64,000 nucleotides of DNA. Origin: Deltaproteobacteria bacterium. Lineage in GTDB: Bacteria > Desulfobacterota > Syntrophia > Syntrophales > UBA5619. Shown here piece after piece: positions 1 to 8,157 of the stretch. The stretch covers positions 1,596-65,595 of the forward strand of contig JAKAFS010000006.1 in assembly GCA_021817825.1 (NCBI GenBank). Reading direction: 5' to 3'. Below the pieces are notes generated by a model. It had not been told where the DNA came from. It saw only the letters and a program-made list of their open reading frames with translations, and did not search any database. Within the stretch, counting starts at the first letter, position 1. Each line of letters begins with the position of its first letter. The position numbers were made by a program, and so were the translations under genes.

Positions 1-2
1 GG

Positions 3-269
3 ATCGTCTACGCCCTGGGAGAGGCGGGAGAGGATTCGGCGTCGCTGCGCGCGGTACTCCGCTCCCAGTACTCTCCCCTGGTGGCCTTCTGCATCATGCT
101 TTTTTGTTTGATCAGCGCCCCCTGCATGGCGACCATCGCCGTCTGCTGGCGGGAGAGCCAATCCTGGAAATGGGCGCTCTTTCAGCTGGGCGGGCTGACC
201 CTCTTGGCCTACGGGATCACCGTTTTGGTCTACCAGAGCGGCCGCCTGCTGGGTATCGGTTTGGGATAG
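3..269 (+). CDS. feoB: Ferrous iron transporter FeoB, C-terminal end (5'-truncated by window edge)
   Basis: Frame is open from position 3 (IVYALGEAGEDSASLR...) and includes F-C-L-I-S-A-P-C-M-A-T-I-A-V-C-W-R-E-S-Q-S-W-K-W, the FeoB C-terminal PC-x-AT...RE...W motif. Confidence 0.9.
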   Translation: MVYALGEAGEDSASLRAVLRSQYSPLVAFCIMLFCLISAPCMATIAVCWRESQSWKWALFQLGGLTLLAYGITVLVYQSGRLLGIGLG

Positions 270-279
270 GAGGAAGGCC

Positions 280-501
280 ATGAACGAAGATATCGTTGTT
301 GCCCTCATCGTGGCGGTGGTGCTGCTTCTCGCCCTCCGCTCTCTCTATCGGACTGTGCGCGGGAAGGGGGTGGGATGCCGCTGTGGGGGAGGCTGCCGGG
401 CGGCCGGCCCCTTGTCTCCGGGGGGCGACACTGGTGATGCAAAGGAGGCGCGAGGCGCAAAGATCGTCTGCAAAGGAACTTGTCGGGGTCTTGGTCATTA
501 A
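280..501 (+). CDS. FeoB-associated Cys-rich small membrane protein
   Basis: N-terminal TM helix then GCRCGGGC; directly after feoB; RBS AGGAGG. Confidence 0.75.
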   Translation: MNEDIVVALIVAVVLLLALRSLYRTVRGKGVGCRCGGGCRAAGPLSPGGDTGDAKEARGAKIVCKGTCRGLGH

Positions 502-554
502 TTGGAATATTACTGTTGTGTTAATAATATAGGAGATATGGAAAGGAGAGGTTT

Positions 555-1757
555 ATGAAAAAGAAGAAATGGTTGGGTGCAGTAGCGTTGCTTTTTCTGC
601 TGGCTTCCGAGCCGGCTATGGCTGACCAGGCGGTCTCGCGGGAAGAAATCGAGACCTTGAAGGAAAAACTGAAGGTGCTGGAGGAGACGGTCGGCAAGGA
701 TGCCGAGCCGCACTGGTACGACAAGATCGATCTTTCCCTCGATGCGACGGGCGTGGTCCAGGGCACCGTGGGCGTCAAGGACCGCCTCCGTTCGGGAGGC
801 GATCTTGCCAGCGGTACGCTGAATGTGGATCTGGAAGCGACGGCGCCGATCGTTCCTCGGGGATCGCTGTTCGTTCACTTCAAAGCCGGGGCCGGTAAAG
901 GGCTGGACGGCGACATCCCCTCTCTGAACGGTTTCAACAACCTGGCCGTGGACAACGACAATGCCCGGCTCTGGGAAGTGTGGTACGAGCACCGATGGCT
1001 GGATGAGAAGCTCCGGTTCCGGGTGGGAAAGGTCGATCTCACGACCGATTTCGATACGAACCGGGTGGCCAATGACGACATGGAACAGTTTCTCTCCAAG
1101 GGGTTCGTGAACAATTCGGGGGTGGAATTTCCCGATCAGAACGGTCCGGGGGCCATGCTCTGGCTGGCCCCCCATCCCCTGATCGACTTAGGCGTCGGGG
1201 TGGCCGACGCCGGCGGGAACTGGGAGAATATCGACAGGCAACCCTTCGTCATTGCCGAAATCGATTTCAAGCCGCGCCTTGGCGAACGGCAGGGCAACTA
1301 TCGCTTCTATGGCTGGTTCAACGGCAAGGACCACAGGGAACACAAGGATGCGGCGAAAACCCAGGAACCCAATGCCGGCTTCGGGTTCTCCTTCGACCAG
1401 GAACTGACCGAAGCGGTCACCGCTTTTGCCCGCTATGCCCGGCAGACGGACCGGGTGGCGACGGTGAGCGACGCCTGGAGCACGGGACTTGAAGTGAGCG
1501 GAAAATGGTATGGCCGGGAGAACGACGCCCTGGGCGCGGCCTACGGCATGGCCCTTTTAGGAAAGGATTTTGAAGCGGTCTCCCTGGCCTCGGGCATCGA
1601 TACCGGCCACGAGCAGCATGCCGAGGTCTATTACCGCTGGCGGATTCACGAACACCTGGACCTGTCCCCCCATGTGCAATGGGTGAAAAGCATCAACGGC
1701 GACCGCGACAATGCCGATGTCTGGGCCTTCGGCCTGCGGGCTCATCTGGATTTTTGA
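555..1757 (+). CDS. OprB-family (carbohydrate-selective) porin, possibly an iron-uptake porin
   Basis: Signal peptide, short coiled coil, RFRVGKVD...FD.N..AND...QF motif, C-terminal GLRAHLDF beta-strand ending in Phe. Confidence 0.85.
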   Translation: MKKKKWLGAVALLFLLASEPAMADQAVSREEIETLKEKLKVLEETVGKDAEPHWYDKIDLSLDATGVVQGTVGVKDRLRSGGDLASGTLNVDLEATAPIVPRGSLFVHFKAGAGKGLDGDIPSLNGFNNLAVDNDNARLWEVWYEHRWLDEKLRFRVGKVDLTTDFDTNRVANDDMEQFLSKGFVNNSGVEFPDQNGPGAMLWLAPHPLIDLGVGVADAGGNWENIDRQPFVIAEIDFKPRLGERQGNYRFYGWFNGKDHREHKDAAKTQEPNAGFGFSFDQELTEAVTAFARYARQTDRVATVSDAWSTGLEVSGKWYGRENDALGAAYGMALLGKDFEAVSLASGIDTGHEQHAEVYYRWRIHEHLDLSPHVQWVKSINGDRDNADVWAFGLRAHLDF

Positions 1758-1813
1758 TGGCCCTCCAGCACCCGGGGCCCCCGTCGTTGCGGGGAGAGAT
1801 GCGTTTTAGAACG

Positions 1814-1847
1814 GACAAAGGGGTATCTCCCGGGATGCCCCTTTGTC
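1814..1847 (+). terminator. Stem-loop downstream of porin gene
   Basis: GACAAAGGGGTATC-tcccgg-GATGCCCCTTTGTC inverted repeat; no strong U-tract. Confidence 0.55.
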
Positions 1848-2054
1848 GTCTCAGCATGGCCGCATCAAAGCAACCGATGGGCAAAGGCGATCGGCGAATT
1901 GCCGTTTTGCCCGATGCTAGCTAACCCGACGACCATGCGGACAGGTTGTCGCGCCGCTGCGGAAAGGATATCTGGGCAAGCAAGGACCGGCATTGCGATG
2001 GCTGCCCGTGGGGAGCGGACAAAGGGGCGCGGGATTGGCGGAGCCCTTTTTTTC

Positions 2055-2083
2055 TTGACAAATTAAACAAGGTAAAATATTAT
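2055..2083 (+). promoter_or_regulatory. Sigma-70 promoter for the riboswitch/TerC transcript
   Basis: TTGACA (2055-2060), 17-bp spacer, TATTAT (2078-2083), immediately upstream of the riboswitch. Confidence 0.8.
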
Positions 2084-2090
2084 ATAAATT

Positions 2091-2194
2091 ATAAAGGGGA
2101 GTAGTTATCGGTCAGTGGAAAACCGACCCGGATTCCGTCAAGACGGTCGAAAGACCCGGACCCGGGGCAGATTTCTTGCCAACAAGACCTTTAT
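2091..2194 (+). ncRNA. yybP-ykoY manganese riboswitch aptamer
   Basis: P1 ATAAAGG...CCTTTAT flanking the hallmark GGGGAGTAG, CGTCA and CAAGACC segments; precedes a TerC-family gene, the typical target. Confidence 0.88.
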
Positions 2195-2227
2195 CCAGGC
2201 AACGGTGCCACGGGTAAAGGTTTTTTA
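2188..2227 (+). terminator. Riboswitch-controlled intrinsic terminator (expression platform)
   Basis: CCTTTATCC...GGGTAAAGG stem followed by TTTTTT; its 5' arm is shared with the 3' strand of aptamer P1. Confidence 0.8.
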
Positions 2228-2262
2228 TTGCCCGGCGGCGCCCAAATCAAGGAGGGAGTCTT

Positions 2263-2997
2263 GTGATCGATTTAGGCTGGCTGGGGCAGATTGCGTTGAC
2301 AGGGGAATTTCTTACGGCGGTGATGAGCATCGTCCTCATCGATCTGGTGCTGGCGGGCGACAATGCCGTGGTGATCGCCATGGCAGTCAAAAACCTTCCC
2401 GGCAGGCAGCGCCTCTGGGGGATCGCCCTGGGATCGGGAGGCGCCGTCCTGATTCGGGTGGCCTGCACTTTCCTGGTGGCCCAGCTGCTGAACATGCAGT
2501 TCATCAAGCTGGTAGGCGGGGTGGTGATCATCTGGATTGCGGTCAAGCTTCTGACCGAAGGAGCCAAGGAAAAGGGTTCTTGCCGGGAGTGCGGAAGCCT
2601 CTGGCAGGCATTATGGATCATCATCGTGGCGGACATGAGCATGGGTATCGACAACATGCTCGCCGTCGGCGCTGCCAGCAAGGGCAATCTCTTCCTGCTC
2701 CTCTTTGGCCTCATGCTCTCGATCCCCCTGGTGGTGTTCATGAGCAACCTGCTTTCCAGACTGATGGATCGGTATCCGCTCATCCTCTGGGCCGGTGCGG
2801 CGATTCTGGGAAAAGTGGGCGGGGAGATGATCATTACCGATCCCTGGGTTCGCAGCCTACTGAACCCGCCCCTGTGGGTCGAGTATGCCGTGATGGCCCT
2901 CTTTGTCGCCTTTGTCTGCGGGCTGAGCAAGTGGATCGCCACTCGCTCCCGGGGCTCCCTTCCGGAACAGGACGCTGCCGTGGAGGAGGGGGCTTGA
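2263..2997 (+). CDS. TerC-family (YjbE/Alx-like) membrane protein, putative Mn exporter
   Basis: IDLVLAGDNAVVIA and IIVADMSMGIDNMLAV motifs; multiple TM helices; GTG start with AGGAGG RBS. Confidence 0.92.
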   Translation: MIDLGWLGQIALTGEFLTAVMSIVLIDLVLAGDNAVVIAMAVKNLPGRQRLWGIALGSGGAVLIRVACTFLVAQLLNMQFIKLVGGVVIIWIAVKLLTEGAKEKGSCRECGSLWQALWIIIVADMSMGIDNMLAVGAASKGNLFLLLFGLMLSIPLVVFMSNLLSRLMDRYPLILWAGAAILGKVGGEMIITDPWVRSLLNPPLWVEYAVMALFVAFVCGLSKWIATRSRGSLPEQDAAVEEGA

Positions 2998-3094
2998 TGA
3001 TCCCGAAGGGCTGAGAAGGACAAAAAAGGGATTCGCGCGCTATTTTGCAAGGGTGATGGAGAAATGAACGATATTTTTTAACGGAGGCAGCGGA

Positions 3095-3523
3095 ATGAAA
3101 AGACAGATGGTCAAGGTACTTGCGGTCATGGCGGTTGTGATGTTGATGGGCATGACCGTCCTGGAGTTGAGCGCCCAGGCAAGGGTCGGAGGCGGACGGT
3201 CTTTCGGCAGCCGTGGTTCGCGCAGCTATTCGACTCCGGCCGGCCCTTCTGCCCAGCAGAGCCAGTCGCGGCAGCCGTACGCGGCACCGAACGCCGCCCA
3301 GCCGCGAACCGGCGGAGGCTTTATGAGCGGCATTGCCGGCGGGATGATGGGCGGTATGCTGGGAAGCATGCTGTTTAGCGGCGTTGCCGGCGCCGGCAAT
3401 ACCCCGGGAGCCGCTTCCGGCTCCGGGATCGGCCTGCTGGAAATAGTGCTCCTGGCAGGCGCAGGCTATCTTCTCTACAGGGTTATCAGGAAAAAAAGGG
3501 CGGACGATTCCTCCCTGCGATAG
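3095..3523 (+). CDS. Gly-rich exported/membrane protein resembling the N-terminal half of bacterial Tim44-domain proteins (Tim44 domain absent)
   Basis: Signal peptide, ARVGGGRSFGSRGSRSYS, GG-rich segment, TM helix GLLEIVLLAGAGYLLYR, then stop. Confidence 0.65.
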   Translation: MKRQMVKVLAVMAVVMLMGMTVLELSAQARVGGGRSFGSRGSRSYSTPAGPSAQQSQSRQPYAAPNAAQPRTGGGFMSGIAGGMMGGMLGSMLFSGVAGAGNTPGAASGSGIGLLEIVLLAGAGYLLYRVIRKKRADDSSLR

Positions 3524-3824
3524 AGGCCGAGTACCGCCGGTGCGAGAGGGCCCGCATTCCCACCCCCCTGGGGGTGTGGGCCTCCTTGCCCCGGCGTCGA
3601 ACCTTCCCGCATCGATCTTGCGGGTCCCTTCCCTCCCGGCAGTGCCTCCCGTAAAAGCGGCCTGCCGCCACCATCCCGATGAACCTCTCAGTGAGAGCCG
3701 ATCAACCGGCCGCCGGCAGGGGTTATTGAACGTCGGCAGGCGATATGCTATGGGTATTCGCTCAGAAGATAACGGGGTCGCCGGGCCAGTAAATCGGTTA
3801 TTTACGGATCAGCGGAGATATCGG

Positions 3825-4169
3825 ATGAAGAAGAGGATTTCGCTCATGTTGCCCATCGTCCTTACGGCTGCGGTTGTCGCCTGCGAAGCCTCAGCGGCCA
3901 CGCTCGACGTGCGGAGCGGTTGCGGGGCAGCGGTTCCGGTCTCCGTCTATGGGGAATCTTACAGTACCCCGCTCGTGACGCAGCAGGTCTGGATGAACCA
4001 GCCGTGGCAAACCACCGTGAATCCCTGTCCCAGCCGCATCGGCGTGGATGTCTCGAAGTCAGCGTCAGCGAGCAGCGTCCGGTTTTTCTATCCTTCAGTC
4101 TGCAAGACCATGCTGGTCACCATCAAGGACGGCTCTCCCGATTGCTCGGTGGAGTTCTCGGAGAAATAG
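3825..4169 (+). CDS. Small secreted Cys-containing protein (114 aa), unknown function
   Basis: GGAG RBS, MKKR signal peptide ending ASA; 4 Cys in the mature part. Confidence 0.75.
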   Translation: MKKRISLMLPIVLTAAVVACEASAATLDVRSGCGAAVPVSVYGESYSTPLVTQQVWMNQPWQTTVNPCPSRIGVDVSKSASASSVRFFYPSVCKTMLVTIKDGSPDCSVEFSEK

Positions 4170-4454
4170 ACGACGACGACGAGAGCTTCCTGAACCATCT
4201 GCCCGGCAATGCCTCAACCCTTCCCTTTGCCAGTGGGACAGGGTGCCAACGTTTGTTGGCACCCTGTCCACCCAGTGGGCGGGCCGGAAGCAGAGAGGAA
4301 AAAGAATATCCTTGCAAAATCCTTTAGATACAATATATCTTCCCTGGCACGATTGCTGAATAGGATATCGTCAGTGTGACTCATTCCGGGCTGCGTCACG
4401 CCGGAAGGAAGGGCGGGAAAAGCGCGGAAGAGGTCTTGAAAAAAGGAGCGAACG

Positions 4455-4910
4455 ATGAAAAAAGCATTGAAAGTGTTCATGATGGTGGGATTAGGCGCCG
4501 TTATTCTGCTGGGTAAGGGCAGTCTGCCGGGCGGCACCGACCGTTGGTTCGGTCTTTTTTCCGCCAGTTCCGCTCATGCCGGGGGCATTTGCTTCAATTA
4601 TACGGCAGAAAAAAGAAATGCGGTGACCACGTGGTGCCGGGACAGCCAGTGCAGTTCCGAATGCTCGGGACAGGCAGCCGGTTGCCTTGCGGACTGCCAA
4701 AAAGGGTGTAACCGGTTTGTCGAAAATTTGCCCAAAGGCCCCTGGCTCGCAGGTCAATGCCATCTCGACGAGGACCAACTCGACACTGCGGATACGGCCT
4801 GTAGCGCCTCGTGCCAAACCGGCTACCCCGGTTCCGTTGCCAACGTGAAGAATTGCCAGCGCGGGTGCGAAGCTTACCGGCTCGGGTTATTCCAGAAGCG
4901 CGGCTTATAG
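4455..4910 (+). CDS. Small secreted Cys-rich protein (151 aa, 12 Cys) with repeated CxxxC motifs
   Basis: AAGGAG RBS, MKKALKVFMM leader ending AHA; CSSEC, CLADCQKGC, CSASC, CQRGC. Confidence 0.8.
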   Translation: MKKALKVFMMVGLGAVILLGKGSLPGGTDRWFGLFSASSAHAGGICFNYTAEKRNAVTTWCRDSQCSSECSGQAAGCLADCQKGCNRFVENLPKGPWLAGQCHLDEDQLDTADTACSASCQTGYPGSVANVKNCQRGCEAYRLGLFQKRGL

Positions 4911-5029
4911 AAGGGATCGGAAGAGTTGGCCCCCGGTCCGCTCGGGATAAGCGTTTATTCAGGTGCCCTATGCCGGTGAATGAGACCCGGTCGGCCCGCT
5001 GTTCATGGAAAAAGAAGGGAGAAATCGAC

Positions 5030-5347
5030 ATGCCCATCACGAAACCGATTAGAATGGTCTTGATCCTGGCCGCCGCCCTTTTCGGATTGACCGTCGCCCC
5101 GCCGCAACCCCACGCGGCCGTCAACCAGGGGTACATCGCCTATTTCAACACCGGCTGTGCAGCCGCCACCGGGGGGGTGAGCGACCCCCAGTACCTTTCC
5201 TGCGGCGGCGTGGCCTGGGCCCTGTCCAGCGGCGGCAAATGGAAAGCGCCTTTCCAGGAGGACTGCAACGCCGCCTGCGCAAAGACCTATACGAACGAGA
5301 CCCAGCGGACCAAATGCACGAACGCCTGTTTCCGGCTGACCTTGTAA
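5030..5347 (+). CDS. Small secreted Cys-rich protein (105 aa, 6 Cys)
   Basis: GGGAG RBS, signal peptide ending PHA; YFNTGC...CNAAC-x12-CTNAC. Confidence 0.8.
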   Translation: MPITKPIRMVLILAAALFGLTVAPPQPHAAVNQGYIAYFNTGCAAATGGVSDPQYLSCGGVAWALSSGGKWKAPFQEDCNAACAKTYTNETQRTKCTNACFRLTL

Positions 5348-5427
5348 ATCGCTCCGCCCAAGGATGGGGAAACGTTGCGCCATCCCCGGGCCAGCCGGAA
5401 ACGAGGAGATCCAGAGGAGAGAGGGAG

Positions 5428-5751
5428 ATGGAGATGACGAAAAAGCAACTGAAGGTATTCCTGATGGGGGCGGCAGCCCTTTTCTGCCTGATCGCCGGTC
5501 CCCTGCCGGCCTCTGCGGCAGTCACCAACAGCGCGGCCTATTATTTCAACACGATCTGTGAAAGCGCCGCCGCGGGGCCTGAGGAAAAGACCGCCTGCCG
5601 TTCGCTCGCCCAGAGCATCGAGGCCAATAAAGCCTCCTTCACACCGATCTGTAACGACATGTGCAAGGCCTTCTACGGACAACCGACCCAAATCAACGCT
5701 TTTAACACATGCCAGAGCGGCTGCCTCGCCCTGACCGGGACCGCCTATTGA
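5428..5751 (+). CDS. Small secreted Cys-rich protein (107 aa, 6 Cys in mature part), paralog of 5030-5347
   Basis: GGAG RBS, signal peptide ending ASA; YFNTIC...CNDMC-x15-CQSGC. Confidence 0.8.
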   Translation: MEMTKKQLKVFLMGAAALFCLIAGPLPASAAVTNSAAYYFNTICESAAAGPEEKTACRSLAQSIEANKASFTPICNDMCKAFYGQPTQINAFNTCQSGCLALTGTAY

Positions 5752-5826
5752 GCTTCGGGCAGCAATGGGGCATTTCCCCGGTATAATGCCGAAAAGGGAT
5801 GATATGCATACTTTATGGAGGAAAGG

Positions 5827-6258
5827 ATGATGAAAAAAGTCTGGCTCACGACGTTGCTTTGGGGGGCGCTTCTGCTTGCAGCTGCCACCGCGTCGGCGGC
5901 GGATCATACCTGGAAGGTGACCCTGCCCGCTGATCTGCCCTTCAACCACTGCCACATCTTTTTTGAAAACGACGGCGGTTCCGATGTGGGCGAAAAAGAG
6001 ATCGCCACCGGGAGTTCGGCAAGCTGGGGAGCCAAGACCCCCCTCAGCTATATCAGCGGCAATTGCAATGTTCTCAATCCGGGCGGAAATCAAGTATGGC
6101 GATTGCAGAGCCGGACCTGCACCGGCGTCGATTTTACCAGCGGCGTAGAGGGCGGGATTCGTTGCGAAACAAAGCTTCTGAGGCTGAAGATCTGCCCCAA
6201 GGTAGCGCTGCCCGTTGCCTTTCCCCGTGATTACCAGTATGGTTTCTGTGATGAATGA
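5827..6258 (+). CDS. Small secreted Cys-rich protein (6 Cys, beta-rich), unknown function
   Basis: GGAGG RBS, MMKKVW signal peptide ending ASA; alternative start 5815. Confidence 0.8.
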   Translation: MMKKVWLTTLLWGALLLAAATASAADHTWKVTLPADLPFNHCHIFFENDGGSDVGEKEIATGSSASWGAKTPLSYISGNCNVLNPGGNQVWRLQSRTCTGVDFTSGVEGGIRCETKLLRLKICPKVALPVAFPRDYQYGFCDE

Positions 6259-6418
6259 AAGCGGTTGCCAAACCCGGCGCCGGGTAAACGGCCCGGGCCT
6301 GACGGCTGGTGGTTGGCACCGGCGGCGATTCATCGCGCTTTACATGGTTGTTGAGAATCTCAGATGGTCATCCTGAGGTTCGGCTATTCTTTAACGATTA
6401 AGATTCAGGAGGATCCAC

Positions 6419-6721
6419 ATGGTCATCGTCATCGCCAAGATCGCAGTCCAACCGGGGAAGAAGCAGGAAGTCTTTGCCCTTGCCCAAACCATCATCGCCG
6501 CCACCCGAACCGAGGAGGGGTGCATCAGCTATGAACTTCTCGACGATCCCCAGGACGCCGGCGCCTGCTCCTTTGTGGAGCGCTGGACGGACATGGACGC
6601 CCTGAAGCGCCACATGAAAACCGATCACTTCCTGAAGTGGCGCGAGGCCTCGCAGGGCCTGCTCATTGCCGGCCGGGACCAGGTCGGGATTTACCAGGCC
6701 GAAGCGTTGAAGCGGGGTTAG
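6419..6721 (+). CDS. Antibiotic biosynthesis monooxygenase (ABM)/putative quinol monooxygenase
   Basis: TRTEEGCISYEL...FVERW...ALKRHMKTDHF; 100 aa; AGGAGG RBS. Confidence 0.88.
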   Translation: MVIVIAKIAVQPGKKQEVFALAQTIIAATRTEEGCISYELLDDPQDAGACSFVERWTDMDALKRHMKTDHFLKWREASQGLLIAGRDQVGIYQAEALKRG

Positions 6722-6874
6722 GCCAGCCCTTCCGGGATGGGGCCGGTGGGCGGGCCGTTCAACCGGCGCTCCCGCCCCGCCGCCGACTCTGTGAGCCGGC
6801 AGTGCAATCGGTATTTGACAGGGATGCCCGATCTGCATATACTCCGCCATCAAATTTGTTGCGATGGTTCCCTG

Positions 6875-8044
6875 ATGTCCATTTATTTTACGCTGCTCCA
6901 GGCGTTCCTGTTAGGCACCGGCATGAAGACCGGCCGGGTGGTTTTTACCTTATATGCATTGAAGATGGGGGCGCAGCCCTTTACCGTCGGCCTCCTGATG
7001 GCGATGTCCGAGGTGCTGCCCACATTGCTGGCCTGGCATGCCGGCCGCTTGGCCGACCGCTTCGGCTGCCGCTGGCTGCTCATGGTCAGCGCCGGCGCCG
7101 GGGCGTTGGGGATGCTGATCTCCTATCTCATCCCCAGTCTGGCCGCCCTTTTTGCCACCGCGGTTCTCTATGGCTTGATGTCGGCCTTTTACGGGGCTCC
7201 CGTGCAAAACCTGGTGGGCCTACAGAGCGGGCCGCAGGACAGGGCCCGGAATTTCAGCAATTTCAGTTTGGTGACCTCTTGCACCGGCTTGCTGGGACCG
7301 CTCCTGGCCGGTTTCACGCTGGACCATGCCGGTCCGGAGGTGGCCTGCCTAGGGCTGGTGCTGCTCTTTCTGGCGGCAATCGTGGTGCTCGTCGTCTGGG
7401 GGGGGAAGCTGCCCAGCGGCACACGGACCACCAAGCCCACGGGAAGCGTCCGCGTCCTGCTTTCCGAATCGGGTCTCTGGCGGGTGATGGCCACGAGCAG
7501 CCTGGTGATTACCGGCGTCGACCTCTTCCAGGTCTTCATGCCGATCTACGGCCACAGCATCGGACTGTCCGCGTCGGCGATCGGCATCATCCTGGCGATA
7601 TACGCCTCGGCGGCCTTCGTGGTCCGCTTCTTTATGCCCACCCTGATCAGGCGATTGACCATCGAACGGCTGCTGGCCTACTCTTTTCTCATCGGAGCGG
7701 CAGGCTTCCTGCTCGTGCCCTTTTTCAAAAGCATCGTCGTTCTTTCGCTGGTTTCCTTCTTCTTCGGACTCGGGATGGGGCTCGGCCAGCCGCTGACCAT
7801 CATGATGACCTTCAGCAATTCCAGCCAGGGACGCTCCGGAGAGGCGATGGGATTGCGGGTGACGGTCAACAACATCACCCGCATGGCCAGTCAGGTCTTG
7901 TTCGGATCGATCGGTTCCGCCTTCGGCGTCTTTCCCGTATTTTGGGTCAATGCGCTCCTGCTGGCCTCGGGATGGGCGGTCAGCCATCCGCGTGCCGCCG
8001 CCCCCGCCGCCGTCGCTGACAAGGACGAGCAGAAGGATTCCTGA
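6875..8044 (+). CDS. MFS transporter
   Basis: About 12 TM segments; motif A GRLADRFGCR; start uncertain. Confidence 0.88.
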   Translation: MSIYFTLLQAFLLGTGMKTGRVVFTLYALKMGAQPFTVGLLMAMSEVLPTLLAWHAGRLADRFGCRWLLMVSAGAGALGMLISYLIPSLAALFATAVLYGLMSAFYGAPVQNLVGLQSGPQDRARNFSNFSLVTSCTGLLGPLLAGFTLDHAGPEVACLGLVLLFLAAIVVLVVWGGKLPSGTRTTKPTGSVRVLLSESGLWRVMATSSLVITGVDLFQVFMPIYGHSIGLSASAIGIILAIYASAAFVVRFFMPTLIRRLTIERLLAYSFLIGAAGFLLVPFFKSIVVLSLVSFFFGLGMGLGQPLTIMMTFSNSSQGRSGEAMGLRVTVNNITRMASQVLFGSIGSAFGVFPVFWVNALLLASGWAVSHPRAAAPAAVADKDEQKDS

Positions 8045-8157
8045 CCCGCTCCCGGTTTGGGTCGGGGGAGGGGGCCGGCTCCCGGGGGTGCCGAATGGGC
8101 ATTCAGGGTTGCCGTGCCGGCGTGATCCTGCGAATGGGTCACCGCCGTGGGGCTTCT

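Noticed and set aside
497-535. Fur box before the porin gene
   Set aside because: AT-rich but not a convincing palindrome; not called as a feature
3540-3824. N-terminal extensions of ORF-track calls (3540, 4811, 5239, 35163, 40926, 49167 and others)
   Set aside because: Internal ATGs have RBSs and begin signal peptides or homologous domains; the extensions overlap promoters or neighbouring genes
3825-6258. Cys-rich array as cytochromes c, ferredoxins or RiPP precursors
   Set aside because: No CxxCH or CxxCxxC motifs, Sec-type leaders rather than double-glycine leaders, and no adjacent maturase or peptidase-ABC exporter; the radical SAM gene 9 kb away is PflX-like
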